From Dendrobates tinctorius (taxonomy: Eukaryota): DNA of 64,000 nt. Positions 50,510 to 64,000 of the stretch are shown piece by piece (positions within the stretch are counted from its first letter, which is position 1; each line of letters starts with the position of its first letter). Made by a program: the position numbers and the translations under genes. Location of the stretch: NCBI RefSeq assembly GCF_039654945.1, contig NW_027361728.1:91078001-91142000 (forward strand), written 5' to 3'. Under the pieces are notes generated by a model that saw only the letters and a program-made list of their open reading frames with translations, made no database searches and had not been told where the DNA came from.

Positions 50510-53500
50510 AGGTTCAATTTTTTTTATTTTACCAAGGGTAACATGAGAAATTGGACTGCAAAGTTATTGTGCAATTTGTCCTGAGTACGCTGATACCTGA
50601 TATGTGGGGGGGAACGACTGTTTCGGCGCATGGCAGAGCTCAGAATCGAAGGAGCGCGGTTTGACTTTTTCAATGCAAAATTGGCTGGAATTCAGATTGG
50701 ACGCCATGTCACGTTTGGAGAGTCCCTGATGTACATAAACAGTGGAAACCCCCTACAAGTGACCCCATTTTGGAAACTAGACCCCCCAAGGAACTTGTCT
50801 AGATATGTGGTGAGAACTTTGAACCCACAAGGGCTTTACAGAAGTTTATAACGTACAGCGGTACAATTAAAAAATCATATTTTTTCCACAAAAATGATCT
50901 TTTCACCTCAATTTTTATTTTCCCAAGGGTAACAGGACCCTAAAAGTTATTGTGCAATTTGTCCTGAGTACGCTGATACCCCACATGTGGGGGTAAACCA
51001 CTATTTGGGCGCATGGCAGAGCTCGGAAGGGAAGCAGCACCATTTGACGTTTTTGGCTGGAATTGAGATCGGACATCATGTCGCGATTGGAAAACCCCTG
51101 ATGTACCAAAACAGTGGAAACCCCCCACAAATGATGCCATTTTGGAAACTAGACCCCCTAAGGAACTTATCTAGATGTGTGGTGAGAACTTTGAACCCCC
51201 AAGGGCTTCACAGAAGTTTATAACATACAGCCGTACAATTAAAAAATCATATTTTTTCCACAAAAATGATCTTTTCACCCTCAATTCTTATTTTTCCAAG
51301 GGTAACAGGACCCTAAAAGTTATTGTGCAATTTGTCCTGAGTACGCTGATACCCCACATGTGGGGGTAAACCACTATTTGGGCGCATGTCAGAGCTTGGA
51401 AGGGAAGCAGCGCCATTTGACGTTTTTGGCTGGAATTGAGATCAGACACCATGTCGCGATTGGAAAACCCCTGATGTACCTAAACAATGGAACCCCCCCA
51501 CAGATGACACCATTTTGTAAACTAGACCCCCCAAGGAACTTATCTAGATGTGTGGTGAGCACTTTGAACCCCCCAGTGCTTCACAGAAGTTTATAACGCC
51601 CGGGAGTGAAAATAAAAAATTCGTATTTTTTCCACAAACATGATCATTTAGTCACCATTTTTTTATTTTCCCAAGGGTACCAGGAGAAATTGGACCCCAA
51701 AAGTTGTTGTCCAATTTGTCCTGAGTATGCTGATACCCCATATGTGGGAGAAAACTACTGTATGGGCACACGTCGGGGCTCGGAAGGGAAGTAGTGACAT
51801 TTTGGAATGCAGACTTTGATGGAATGGTCTGCGGGTGTCATGTTGCCTTTGGAGAGCCCCTAATGTACCTAAACAGTGGAAACCTCCACAAATGACCCCA
51901 TTTTGGAAACGAGACCCCCCACGGAACTTATCTAGATGTGTGGTAAGCACTTTGAACCCCCAAGGGCTTCACAGAAGTTTATAATGCCCGGGCATAAAAA
52001 TAAAAAAATCGTATTTTTTCCACAAACATGATCAATTAGTCCCCAATTTTTTCATTTTCCCAAGGGTAGCAGGAGAAATTGTCCAATTTGTCCTGAGTAC
52101 GCTGACACCCCATATGTGGGAAAAACTACTGTATGGACACACGTCGGGGCTCGGAAGGGAAGCACTGACGTTTTGGAATTTAGACTTTGATGGAATGGTC
52201 TGCGTTTGGAGATCCCCTGATGTACCTAAACTATTGAAACTCCCCACAAGTGACCCCATTTTTGACACTAGACCCCCCACAGAACTTATCTAGATGTGTG
52301 GTGAGCACTTTGAACCCCCAAGTGCTTCACAGAAGTTTATAACGCTCGGACGTGAAGATAAAAAAATCATTTTTTTCCATAAAAATGATATTTTTGCCCC
52401 CAATTTTTTATTTTCCTAAGGGTAACAGGAGAAATTGGACCCCAAAAATTGTTTTGCAATTTGTCCTGAGTAGGCTGATACCCTACATGTGGGGGTAAAC
52501 CACTATTTGGGCGCATGACAGAGCTCGGAAGGGAAGCAGCGCCATTTGACGTTTTTGGCTGGAATTGAGATCGGACACCATGTCGCGATTGGAAAACCCC
52601 TGATGTACATAAACAGTGGAACCGCCCCACAAATGACACCATTTTGTAAACTAGACCCCCCAAGGAACTTATCTAGATGTGTGGTGAGCACTTTGAACCC
52701 CCCAGTGCTTCACAGAACTTTATAACGCCCGGGAGTGAAAATAAAAAATTTGTATTTTTTCCACAAACATGATCAATTAGTCCCAATTTTTTCATTTTCC
52801 CAAGGGTAACAGGAGAAATTGAACCCCAAAAGTTGTTGTCCAATTTGTCCTGAGTACGCTGGTACCCTATATGTGGGAGAAAACTACTGTATGGACACAC
52901 GTCAGGGCTCGGAAGGGAAGTAGTGACGTTTTGGAATGCAGACTTTGATGGAATGGTCTGCGGGTGTCATGTTGCCTTTGGAGAGCCCCTAATGTACCTA
53001 AACAGTGGAAACCTCCACAAATGACCCCATTTTGGAAACGAGACCCCCCACGGAACTTATCTAGATGTGTGGTGAGCACTTTGAACCCCCAAGGGCTTCA
53101 CAGAAGTTTATAATGCCCGGGCATAAAAATAAAAAAATCGTATTTTTTCCACAAACATGATCAATTAGTCCCCAATTTTTTCATTTTCCCAAGGGTAGCA
53201 GGAGAAATTGTCCAATTTGTCCTGAGTACGCTGACACCCCATATGTGGGAAAAAACTACTGTATGGACACACGTCGGGGCTCGGAAGGGAAGCACTGACG
53301 TTTTGGAATTTAGACTTTGATGGAATGGTCTGCGTTTGGAGATCCCCTGATGTACCTAAACTATTGAAACTCCCCACAAGTGACCCCATTTTGGACACTA
53401 GACCCCCCACGGAACTTATCTAGATGTGTGGTGAGCACTTTGAACCACCAAGTGCTTCACAGAAGTTTATAACGCTCGGACGTGAAGATAAAAAATCATT

Positions 53501-53770
53501 TTTTTCCATAAAAATGATATTTTTGCCCCCAATTTTTTATTTTCCTAAGGGTAACAGGAGAAATTGGACCCCAAAAATTGTTTTGCAATTTGTCCTGAGT
53601 AGGCTGATACCCTACATGTGGGGGTAAAACACTGTTTGGGCGCATGGCAGAGCTTGGAAGGGAAGGAGCACCATTTGACTTTTTCAACTCAGAATTGGCT
53701 GGAATTGAGATCAGACGCCATGTTGCATTTGGAGAGCCCCTGATGTGCCCAAACAGTGGAAACCCCCAAT
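50510..53770. repeat. Internal tandem repeat, about 9 units of 372-384 bp
   Basis: CAATTTGTCCTGAGTA at 50572, 50955, 51328, 51712, 52084, 52457, 52841, 53213, 53586. Confidence 0.92.
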
Positions 53771-53797
53771 TCTAACTCCAACCCGAACCCCAACACA

Positions 53798-53912
53798 CCC
53801 CTAACCCTAATCTCAGCCCTAACCCTAACCCTAGCCCTAACCCTAACCCTAGCCCTAGCCCTAACCCTAACCCTAGCCCTAACCCTAACCCTAGCCCTAA
53901 CCCTAACCCTAA
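53798..53912. repeat. Telomere-like (CCCTAA/CCCTAG)n tract
   Basis: Directly visible. Confidence 0.9.
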
Positions 53913-56900
53913 TGGAAAAGTGGAAATAAATACATTTTTTTATTTTATTATTTTTCCCTAACTAAGGGGGTGATAGCAGGGGGTTTGATTTACTATTTAT
54001 GGCGGTTTTTATATTTGGCAGCTGTCGCACGCTAAAAGACGCTTTTTATTGTAAAAATAGTTTTTGCATCACCACATATTGAGAGCTATAATTTTTCTGT
54101 ATTTTGACACACCGAGTCATATGAGGTCTTATTTTTTGCGGGACGAGTTGATGTTTTTATTGGTACCATTTTCGGGCACGTGACATTTTTTGATCGCTTT
54201 TTATTCCAATTTTTGGGATGCAGAATGAACAAAAACCAGCGTTTCATGAATTTCTTTTGGGGGGGGTGCGTTTACACCGTTCCGCGTGCGGTAAAATTGA
54301 TAAAGCGGTTTTATTCTTCGGGTCAGTACGGTTACAGCGATACCTCATTTAGGTCGTTTTTTTATGTTTTGTCGGTTTTATGCAATGAAAACTATTTTAT
54401 ATAAATAATAATTATTTTTGCATCGCTTTATTCTGCGAGCTATAACTTTTTTATTTTTTTGCTGATGATGCTGTGTGGTGGCTCATTTTTTGCGGGACAA
54501 GATGACGTTTTCAGCGGTACCATGGATATTTATATGCATCTTTTTGGTCGCGCGTTATTACACTTTTTGTTTGGCGGTATGATAATAAATCATTATTTTT
54601 TGCTTCGTTTTTTATTTTTATTTTTTAAGGGGTTCGCTAAAGGGGTTATCTAATGGGACAGTTTTATAGGGCGGGTCGTTATGGACGCGGCGATACCTAA
54701 TATGTGTACTTTTATTGTTTTTTTTTTTTTTATTTCCAAAAAATGGATTTATTCGGGGAATATTTTTTTTTTTTCTAATTTATTTGGCGATTTTTTCAAA
54801 ATTATTTTAACACTTTTTTTTATTTTTTTTTAACTTTATTACATAGTCCCAGGTGGGACATCACTGTCCTGTGACAGATCACTGTGACAGATCAGCGATC
54901 TGTCACAGGCACTGCACTTAGCTTCCTCATACCTGCGCTTTGCAGGCACCGAGGAAGCCAGCTTCCTGCAGGAAAGGAGCCCCCCGCAGCAGCGCTGCAC
55001 ATTGCGCTGCCGTGGGGGGCTCAGGGAAGCACGGAGGGAGCCCCCTCCCTGCCGATGCTTCCCTTTAACCCCCGGTACACCGCGATCATGTTTGATCGCG
55101 GTATGCAAGGGGTTAACGTGTCGGGGGTGGTCCGTGACCGCCCCTGACACATTGTGCCGGGTGTCAGCTGTGATAATCAGCTGACACCCGGCCGCGATCA
55201 GCGGCGCTCACCAAGTGGGCGCCGCTGATCGCAGTAGATGTACTATCCCGTCCATGGGCATAGGGGCCCAGGTCCCATGGACGGGATAGTACGTCGGATG
55301 TCAGGAAGGGGTTAAAGACTAAGGGCTTGCTCACACGACCGTATAAGACCCCTGAGTGCTATTTGATATTTTTATCGGTTAGCACTTGGACCAATATTTT
55401 ACTATGGGGCAGTGCAGATGTGTGATTATTTTCTCATGCCGATTCGGCATGATAAAACAATTGCAGCATGCTGCGGGTGCATCCGATGATTGCATCACGC
55501 TCACCCATCCAAGTCTATGGGTGAGTGTGAAACATTGAACTAGACTTGGTTATCATCTGAGTGCAGTCCAATATACATGCACAAAGACAATGGAAAAGAT
55601 GGAAAGATTAACCCCTTAACTTCCAATGACGGACACATTATACCTTCAATTAAAGTGAAAAAAGTGAAAGTCCCTTAAAGGGACTAGGTAAAAAAGGAAT
55701 AAAAAAATACGTAAAAAAATTACAATTACAAAAAAATAATAATAACAATAATATAATCCACTAATAAATATACATTTTTATGTAAAAAAAAATCTACCCA
55801 TATTTGGTATCACCGCATCCGGAGCAATCCGATCTATAAGTGTAACACTAGTTAACCCTTTCAGTGAATGCCGTTAAAAAAACACAAAAAAATTGGCAAA
55901 TTATACTTTATCACCATACCCCTTGGAAAAAGTGGAATAAAACGCGATCAAAAAGACAAATGGTAATAAAAATAGTATCACTGTAGGCGCCATCTTGTCC
56001 CGCAAAAACAAAGCCGCCATACAGCTCCATAAGCGGAAAAATAAAAAAGTTATAGCTCTCAGAATAAAGCAATGCAAAAATAATTATTTTTTCTGTAAAA
56101 GTGTTTATTGTGTAGAAGCTCCAAAACATAAAAAATATAAATGTGGCATTGCTGTAATCGTACTGACTCAAAGAGAAAACTGACTTATCAATTTTACCAC
56201 ATGCAGAAAAAAAACAAAGCAAAAAAATTCCTGAATTGCTGTTTCTTGTTCATTCTGCCTCCACAAAAATCAGGATACAAAATGATCAAAAAATGTCATG
56301 TGCCCGAAAAAGGTACCAATAAAAAAGTCAGTCTGCCCCGCAAAAACAAGCCCTCACATGACTCTGTCGGCCGAAATATGGAAAAATTATAACTAACAAT
56401 ATGGAGATGCAAAAACTTCTTGCTAAAAGCATTTTTTAGTGTGTGACAGAAGCTAAACATAAAAAAGATACAAATCTGGTATCGCTGTAATCACACTGAC
56501 CCAAAGAATAAAGTCGCCTAATCACTTATATCGCACGAGGAATGGTGTGAAAAATAAATAAAGCCAATTCTTTACCTGCTGTGGATTTGTTCATTCTGCC
56601 TCCCAAAGATCGCAGTAATGCTTGGAGCACATTTATCCTGCGCTCTATGCTGAGCGCTTGCATCAGAGTTTCCATGTAAATCTCTGACTATATGTGATTC
56701 AGACAGAAGAACCAGCAGAAGATTCCCTATAATGAGGCAGATGGAGGCATTGTGAATGCCATAGGACCTGTGATCCGTCAGTGTCCATCTTTATAGTGAA
56801 TGGATCCCTAAGGAGTTTAATCTGTCACGTAGCTTGGAGATTTAGATGGAAACCCCAAAGTATGCGCTCAGTGTAGAGTGCCAGATAAATGTGATCACAA

Positions 56901-57302
56901 ACGTTATGAAAAATGTTCACAATTAAAACTTCAACTCAATCCATTAAAAAAGTCCCCACTCAGGTCTGTCATCTGTTAGCAAAAATACAGGGGGTTTCCA
57001 CTTTACTGGTAGCACAACGGCTCTGGAACAGCCAAAAGAAATTCGGCAAATTTTGCACTCTCAAATCCAAATGTCCCCCTCGCTTCTGAACCCCAGTGTG
57101 CATAAACCACCATTAGCATTCACATTTAGCAGGGGTATAATTTCCAAAATGGGGTCACTTGGGATAAGGGGGATTTTGCTAATTAGCACTTAGGGGGCTC
57201 TGTATCTGGAGCCTGCAAACTATTCTAGGAAAATCTGTGCTCCAGGAGGCAAATAGCGCACTCTCCCTACCAAAACTCTCCATATGGCTAAGCAGTACTG
57301 TA

Positions 57303-58924
<1,622 letters not shown>

Positions 58925-59800
58925 TATACCCACATATGGTGTATTTCTATATCCAGCAGAAATTGTGGACACATTCTGGTGCCAATTTTATCCACTTCTT
59001 GTGTGAAAATGTTAAATCTGGGGCTACAACAACATTTTTGTGGTAAAAATGTAATTTTTTTTCACAGCTCACTGGTATACAATTCTGTGGCACATCCTTT
59101 GTATCAATATGATTATTACATGCTTAGATTAAATCATTGAGAAGTGTAGTTTGTAAAATGCGGTCACTTATGGGGCGTTCTACTGTTCTGGCACCTCAGG
59201 GGCTCTCATAGTGGGTCATTGCACCCTCAAACCATAATAGTAAAATCTGTACTACAATAATCCTTCCCTTTTGAGCTTTGCACTGTGCCTCAAAAGTAGT
59301 TTTCACCCACACTTGGAGTATTGGCACACTCGGCAGAAATTGCACAACAAATTCAGCAGTCCATTTTCTCCAGTTACCCTTGAGAAAATAAAAAATTGGA
59401 GGCTTAAAAGAAAAATTTGTGGGAAAAATGTATTTTCTTTTAAGTTTCTTAGCTCTGTTATAAACTTCTGTAAAGCACCTGGTGGTTCAAGATGCTCATC
59501 ACACATCTAGAAAAGTTCCTTGAGGTGTATAGTTTCCAAAATGGTATCAGTTGTGTGGGGTTTCCACTGTTTAGGCACATCAGGGGCCCTCCAAAGGTGA
59601 CATGGCATCCGCTCTCGATTCCAGTCAATTTTGTGTTCAAAAAGTCAAACCTTTCTCCTTTCCTTCCGGGTCCTGCCGTGTGCCAAAACAGTGGTCTTCC
59701 TCCACACATGGGGTATTGGTGAACTAAGTTGAAATTGCACAACAATTTTTGGGGTCCATTTTCTCCTGCTACCTTTGTTAAAATAAAAAAATGGTGCAAA

Positions 59801-61222
59801 GGCTAGTTTCACACTTGCTTTTTTTTGCAGCACGTTTTTCCCGGAAAAAAACGCATTGAAAAAACGCATACATAAGCATACAACTGCTGCGTTTTTTTCA
59901 AGCATTTTTATGAGCATGCATGAAAAAAACGCAGCGTTTTTATGCGTTTGTATGCGTTTTTAGCGCGTTTTTACCGCGTTTGCGTTTTTTTCCAACATTT
60001 TTAGGTGGCCCCTCACACTACCCAAACCATGACTTTACTAACCCTAACCCTGACCCTAACCCTAACCCTAACCCTGACCCTAACCCTAACCCTAACCCTG
60101 ACCCTAACCCTTAACCAAATCATACTTAACCCTAACCCAAACNNNNNNNNNNNNNNNNNNNNNNNNNNNNNNNNNNNNNNNNNNNNNNNNNNNNNNNNNN
60201 NNNNNNNNNNNNNNNNNNNNNNNNNNNNNNNNNNNNNNNNNNNNNNNNNNNNNNNNNNNNNNNNNNNNNNNNNNNNNNNNNNNNNNNNNNNNNNNNNNNN
60301 NNNNNNNNNNNNNNNNNNNNNNNNTTAACCCTAATCCTGACCCTAACCCTGACCCTAACCCTAACCCTAACCCTAACCCTGACCCTAACCCTTAACAAAA
60401 CCATACTTAACCCTAATCCTGACCCTAACCCTGACCCTAATCCTTAACAAAACCATACTTAACCCTAATCCTGACCCTAACCCTGACCCTAACCCTAACC
60501 CTAACCCTAACCCTGACCCTAACCCTAACCCTAACCCTAACCCTGACCCTAACCCTTAACAAAACCATACTTAACCCTAATCCTGACCCTAACCCTGACC
60601 CTAATCCTTAACAAAACCATACTTAACCCTAATCCTGACCCTAACCCTGACCCTAACCCTAACCCTAACCCTAACCCTGACCCTAACCCTAACCCTAACC
60701 CTAACCCTGACCCTAACCCTTAACAAAACCATACTTAACCCTAATCCTGACCCTAACCATGACCCTAATCCTTAACAAAACCATACTTAACCCTAACCCT
60801 GACCCTAACCCTAACCCTAACCCTGACCCTGACCATAACCCTAACCCTAAACCCCCTTAACTAACCCTAACTCTAACCCAAACCCCTAAATTCCATGGTT
60901 TAAAAAAAAAAACGCATATGCAAAAAAACGCATACATGAGCATGCCAGTGCGCACATATGCGCATCCATAGGCTATAATGGCCATTTTTAGCGCAAAACG
61001 TGCGCATATGTGTGCATGCGCTTTTTTGCAGGGCCAAAAAATGCAACATGCTGCGTCTGGAAAATCCCAACGCACACCCCAAAAAAACGCAGCGCATGAA
61101 AATCGCATACATGCGCTGACCAGTGCGCAGGTATGCGCACCCATGTTAAATATAGGGGAAAAAACGCATGCGCAGGTGTGCGTTTTTTTCCAGCGCTAAA
61201 AAACGCAAATGTGAAACCAGCC
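59801..61222. mobile_element. Harbinger/Tourist-like MITE with an expanded telomere-like interior
   Basis: GGCTAGTTTCACACTTGC / GCAAATGTGAAACCAGCC; related to 27659-28091. Confidence 0.8.
60038..60885. repeat. Interstitial telomere-like array (CCCTAA/CCCTGA) containing an assembly gap (N 60143-60324)
   Basis: Directly visible; spacer CTTAACAAAACCATA recurs at alternating 52/112-bp intervals. Confidence 0.95.
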
Positions 61223-62724
61223 TAAATGATGATTTTTGAGGAAAAAATGTAATTTTTAATTTTCACGGTTAAGTACATTCCTTGATGGGTCTAGTTTCCA
61301 AAATGGAGTTACTTGTGGGGGTTTTGCACTGTTTAGGTACATCAGGGACTTTCCAAAATGTGACATGGTGTCTAAACTCAATTCCAGCCAATTTTGTGTT
61401 GAAAAAGTCAATCGGTACTCCTTTCCTTCCAAGCTCTGTCATGCGCCTAATCAGTGGTTTACCCCATATATGGGATATCAAAATACACAGGACAAATTAC
61501 AGAACAACTTTTGGGGTCCAGTTTCCCCTGTTACCCTCAGGAAAATAAAAAATTGGGGGCAAAAATATCATTTTTGTGGAAAGAATATGATTTTTTATTT
61601 TCACGTCTGTACGTTCTAAACTTCTGTGAAGCACTTGGGGGTTCAAAGTGCTCACCATGTATCTAGGTAAGTTCCTTGGGGGATCTATTTTCCAAAATGG
61701 GGTCACTTGTGGGGGTTTCCACTGTTTAGGTACATCAGGAGCTCTCCAAATGCGACATGGCATCTGCTCTCGATTCCAGCCAATTTTACATTCAAAACCT
61801 CAAATGGTGCTCCTTCCCTTCCGAGCCCTGCCGTGCACCTAAAGAGTGGTCTTCCTCTACCCATGGGGCATCAGTGTACTCAGGAGAAATTGCATAGCCA
61901 ATATTATGGTTCATTTTCTCCTGATACTCTTGACAAAATAAAAAAAATTGTGTCCAAAGTAAAAAATTTTGAAAAAAAGTTAAATGCTCATTTTTTCCTT
62001 CCATATTGCTTCAATTCTTGGGAATCATCTAAAGGGTTAATAAACTTTTTGAATGTGGTTTTGAACACCTTCAGGGGTGCAGTTTTTAGAATGGGGTCAC
62101 TTTTGGATATTCTCTGTCATATAGGCCTACAAAGTGACTTCAAATATATGGTGGTCCCTAAAAAAATGGAAAAATAAGAAATTGTTGGTCAAGTTCTAAC
62201 CCTTAATAACTTCCTAACAAAAAAATGTTTCAAAAACTGTGCTGATGTCAAGTAGACATGTGGGAAATGTTATTTATTAACTATTTTGTGTGACATAATG
62301 CTCTGATTTTGAACATAAAAATTAGAAATTGTGAAATTTTCAAATTGTTTGCCAAATTTAATTTTTTTTCTCAAATAAACACAAGAAATTTTGAAGAAAC
62401 TTTACCACTATAATAACGTATACAATACAGTATGTCAGGAAAAAAAGCATCTCAGAATCAGCGGGATCCATTGAAGTGTTCCAGAGTTATAACCACATAA
62501 AGTGACAGTGGTCAGATTGTCGTTTCAGGTGATTGTTCAATACAAAAAAAAAATAAAAAACAAATCTGAACTGAGAAAAGTAAGTTAATGTGTATGCACA
62601 ATGTAAGTGCATATTTACACATGACCATTAACCAGAGAAAGCAAAAAGCAAAAAACACACAAATATCCTGAACTAAAAGTAAAAAATATACTGCAAATAA
62701 TGCATAAAGGTAATAATAATAATG

Positions 62725-62803
62725 AGGGTATTTAGTAAACATAATTTTGATCAAAATAATGTACAAGCCATCCCGCCACGTCACGGCAACCCTTGTGGGA
62801 CAG
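62725..62803 (-). ncRNA. Candidate HDV-like ribozyme, copy 1
   Basis: P1 CUGUCCC/GGGAUGG, J1/2 ACA, P2 AGGGU(U)/ACCCU, P3 GCC/GGC, L3 GUGACGU, P4 ACAUUAUUUUGAUCAAAAUUAUGU, J4/2 ACUAA. Confidence 0.6.
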
Positions 62804-63141
62804 TCCCTACTCTAGTATTTAAAACCTTTTCACTTGCCAAGTGGCGTGAATGTGAATAAGGGTCGAGCGGCTGAACCACTTGTAACAGCTTAGGCCAGAC
62901 TGGATGGCTTTCCCAGCTCAGAAAGAGGGCGGTCACACCCATATATGCACTGAATGCACAATGAAATGAATAAAAAAAAAATCTGAACTGAGAAAAGTAA
63001 GTTAATGTGTATGCACAATGTAAGTGCATATTAACACATGACCATTAACCAGAGAAAGCAAAAAGCAAAAAACACACAAATATCCTGAACTAAAAGTAAA
63101 AAATATACTGCAAATAATGCATAAAGGTAATAATAATAATG

Positions 63142-63220
63142 AGGGTATTTAGTAAACATAATTTTGATCAAAATAATGTACAAGCCATCCCGCCACGTCA
63201 CGGCAACCCTTGTGGGACAG
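63142..63220 (-). ncRNA. Candidate HDV-like ribozyme, copy 2
   Basis: Same core as copy 1, 417 bp away. Confidence 0.6.
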
Positions 63221-63710
63221 TACCTACTCTAGTATTTAAAACCTTTTCACTTGCCAAGTGGCGTGAATGTGAATAAGGGTCGAGCGGCTGAACCACTTGT
63301 AACAGCTTAGGCCAGACTGGATGTACATTATTGTACATTATTTTGATCAAAATTATGTTTACTAAATACCCTCATTATTATTATTACCTTTATGCATTAT
63401 TTGCAGTATATTTTTTACTTTTAGTTCAGGATATTTGTGTGTTTTTTGCTTTTTGCTTTCTCTGGTTAATGGTCATGTGTTAATATGCACTTACATTGTG
63501 CATACACATTAACTTACTTTTCTCAGTTCAGATTTGTTTTTTATTCATTTCATTGTGCATTCAGTGCATATATGGGTGTGACCGCCCTCTTTCTGAGCTG
63601 GGAAAGCCATCCAGTCTGGCCTAAGCTGTTACAAGTGGTTCAGCCGCTCGACCCTTATTCACATTCACTCCACTTGGCAAGTGAAAAGGTTTTAAATACT
63701 AGAGTAGGGA

Positions 63711-63789
63711 CTGTCCCACAAGGGTTGCCGTGACGTGGCGGGATGGCTTGTACATTATTTTGATCAAAATTATGTTTACTAAATACGCT
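63711..63789 (+). ncRNA. Candidate HDV-like ribozyme, copy 3 (inverted arm; P2 weakened by ACCCU>ACGCU)
   Basis: P1 63711-63717/63740-63746, P3 63727-63729/63737-63739, putative catalytic C 63779. Confidence 0.5.
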
Positions 63790-64000
63790 CATTATTATTA
63801 TTACTACCTTTATGCATTATTTGCAGTATATTTTTTACTTTTAGTTCAGGATATTTGTGTGTTTTTTGCTTTTTGCTTTCTTCGATTGTTCAATACAAGC
63901 AGTCAAGTGTGTGCACTACTTCTGAATATTATGCGATTGTATCCTGTAATTTTTAAGTTTTCTCTATGTCTTCCTACTTTTATCTCTAGCACCTTCTTTT

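Larger units (their letters stand above)
49879..55311. mobile_element. piggyBac-type non-autonomous element
   Basis: TTAA on both sides; CCCCTTC / GAAGGGG termini; no transposase ORF. Confidence 0.85.
62546..63883. mobile_element. ORF-less retroposed-type insertion of tandem and inverted 417-bp units (retrozyme/Penelope pLTR-like)
   Basis: 15-bp TSD GATTGTTCAATACAA (62531-62545, 63884-63898); about 1.9 units in one orientation, then about 1.3 units inverted from 63324-63331. Confidence 0.85.

Noticed and set aside
50314-56392. Many 60-100 aa ORFs
   Set aside because: Derived from tandem repeats and AT-rich non-coding element sequence; no recognisable domain
60038-60885. True telomere or chromosome-fusion site
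   Set aside because: Single orientation, degenerate, and enclosed in MITE TIRs with continuous element sequence on both sides
62628-62675. ACCAGAGAAA resembling the hairpin-ribozyme loop B strand
   Set aside because: No helix 4 partner, no GUAUAUUAC strand and no matching substrate loop
63590-63612. CTGAGCTGGGAAA as a hammerhead core in the 417-bp unit
   Set aside because: Does not fit CUGANGA or a compensated variant, and has no stem II

Overview
Eukaryotic (vertebrate, most likely frog) genomic DNA made almost entirely of nested transposable elements; no CRISPR array, rRNA or tRNA gene. The only host coding sequence I can support is one 162-bp exon on the minus strand (49290-49451) of a phospholipid scramblase, closest to PLSCR5, so the rest is probably intronic. 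Elements: a full-length but disrupted Ty3/Gypsy LTR retrotransposon (824-8686), two Gypsy relics, a solo LTR, L2 and CR1 LINE fragments, several Tc1 elements (one Frog Prince-like), a near-intact 8.7-kb hAT with internal tandem arrays, many hAT and Harbinger-type MITEs, and two piggyBac-type non-autonomous elements carrying satellite and telomere-like repeats. The most interesting signal is an ORF-less insertion at 62546-63883. It has a 15-bp target duplication and is built from tandem and inverted 417-bp units. Each complete unit folds on paper into an HDV/CPEB3-like ribozyme with unusual base-pair swaps, making it a candidate retrozyme-like element. A Penelope-type fragment with a minimal U3-A8 hammerhead lies at 12883-13504. 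All RNA structures were derived by eye and all family assignments rest on recalled motifs, not searches.
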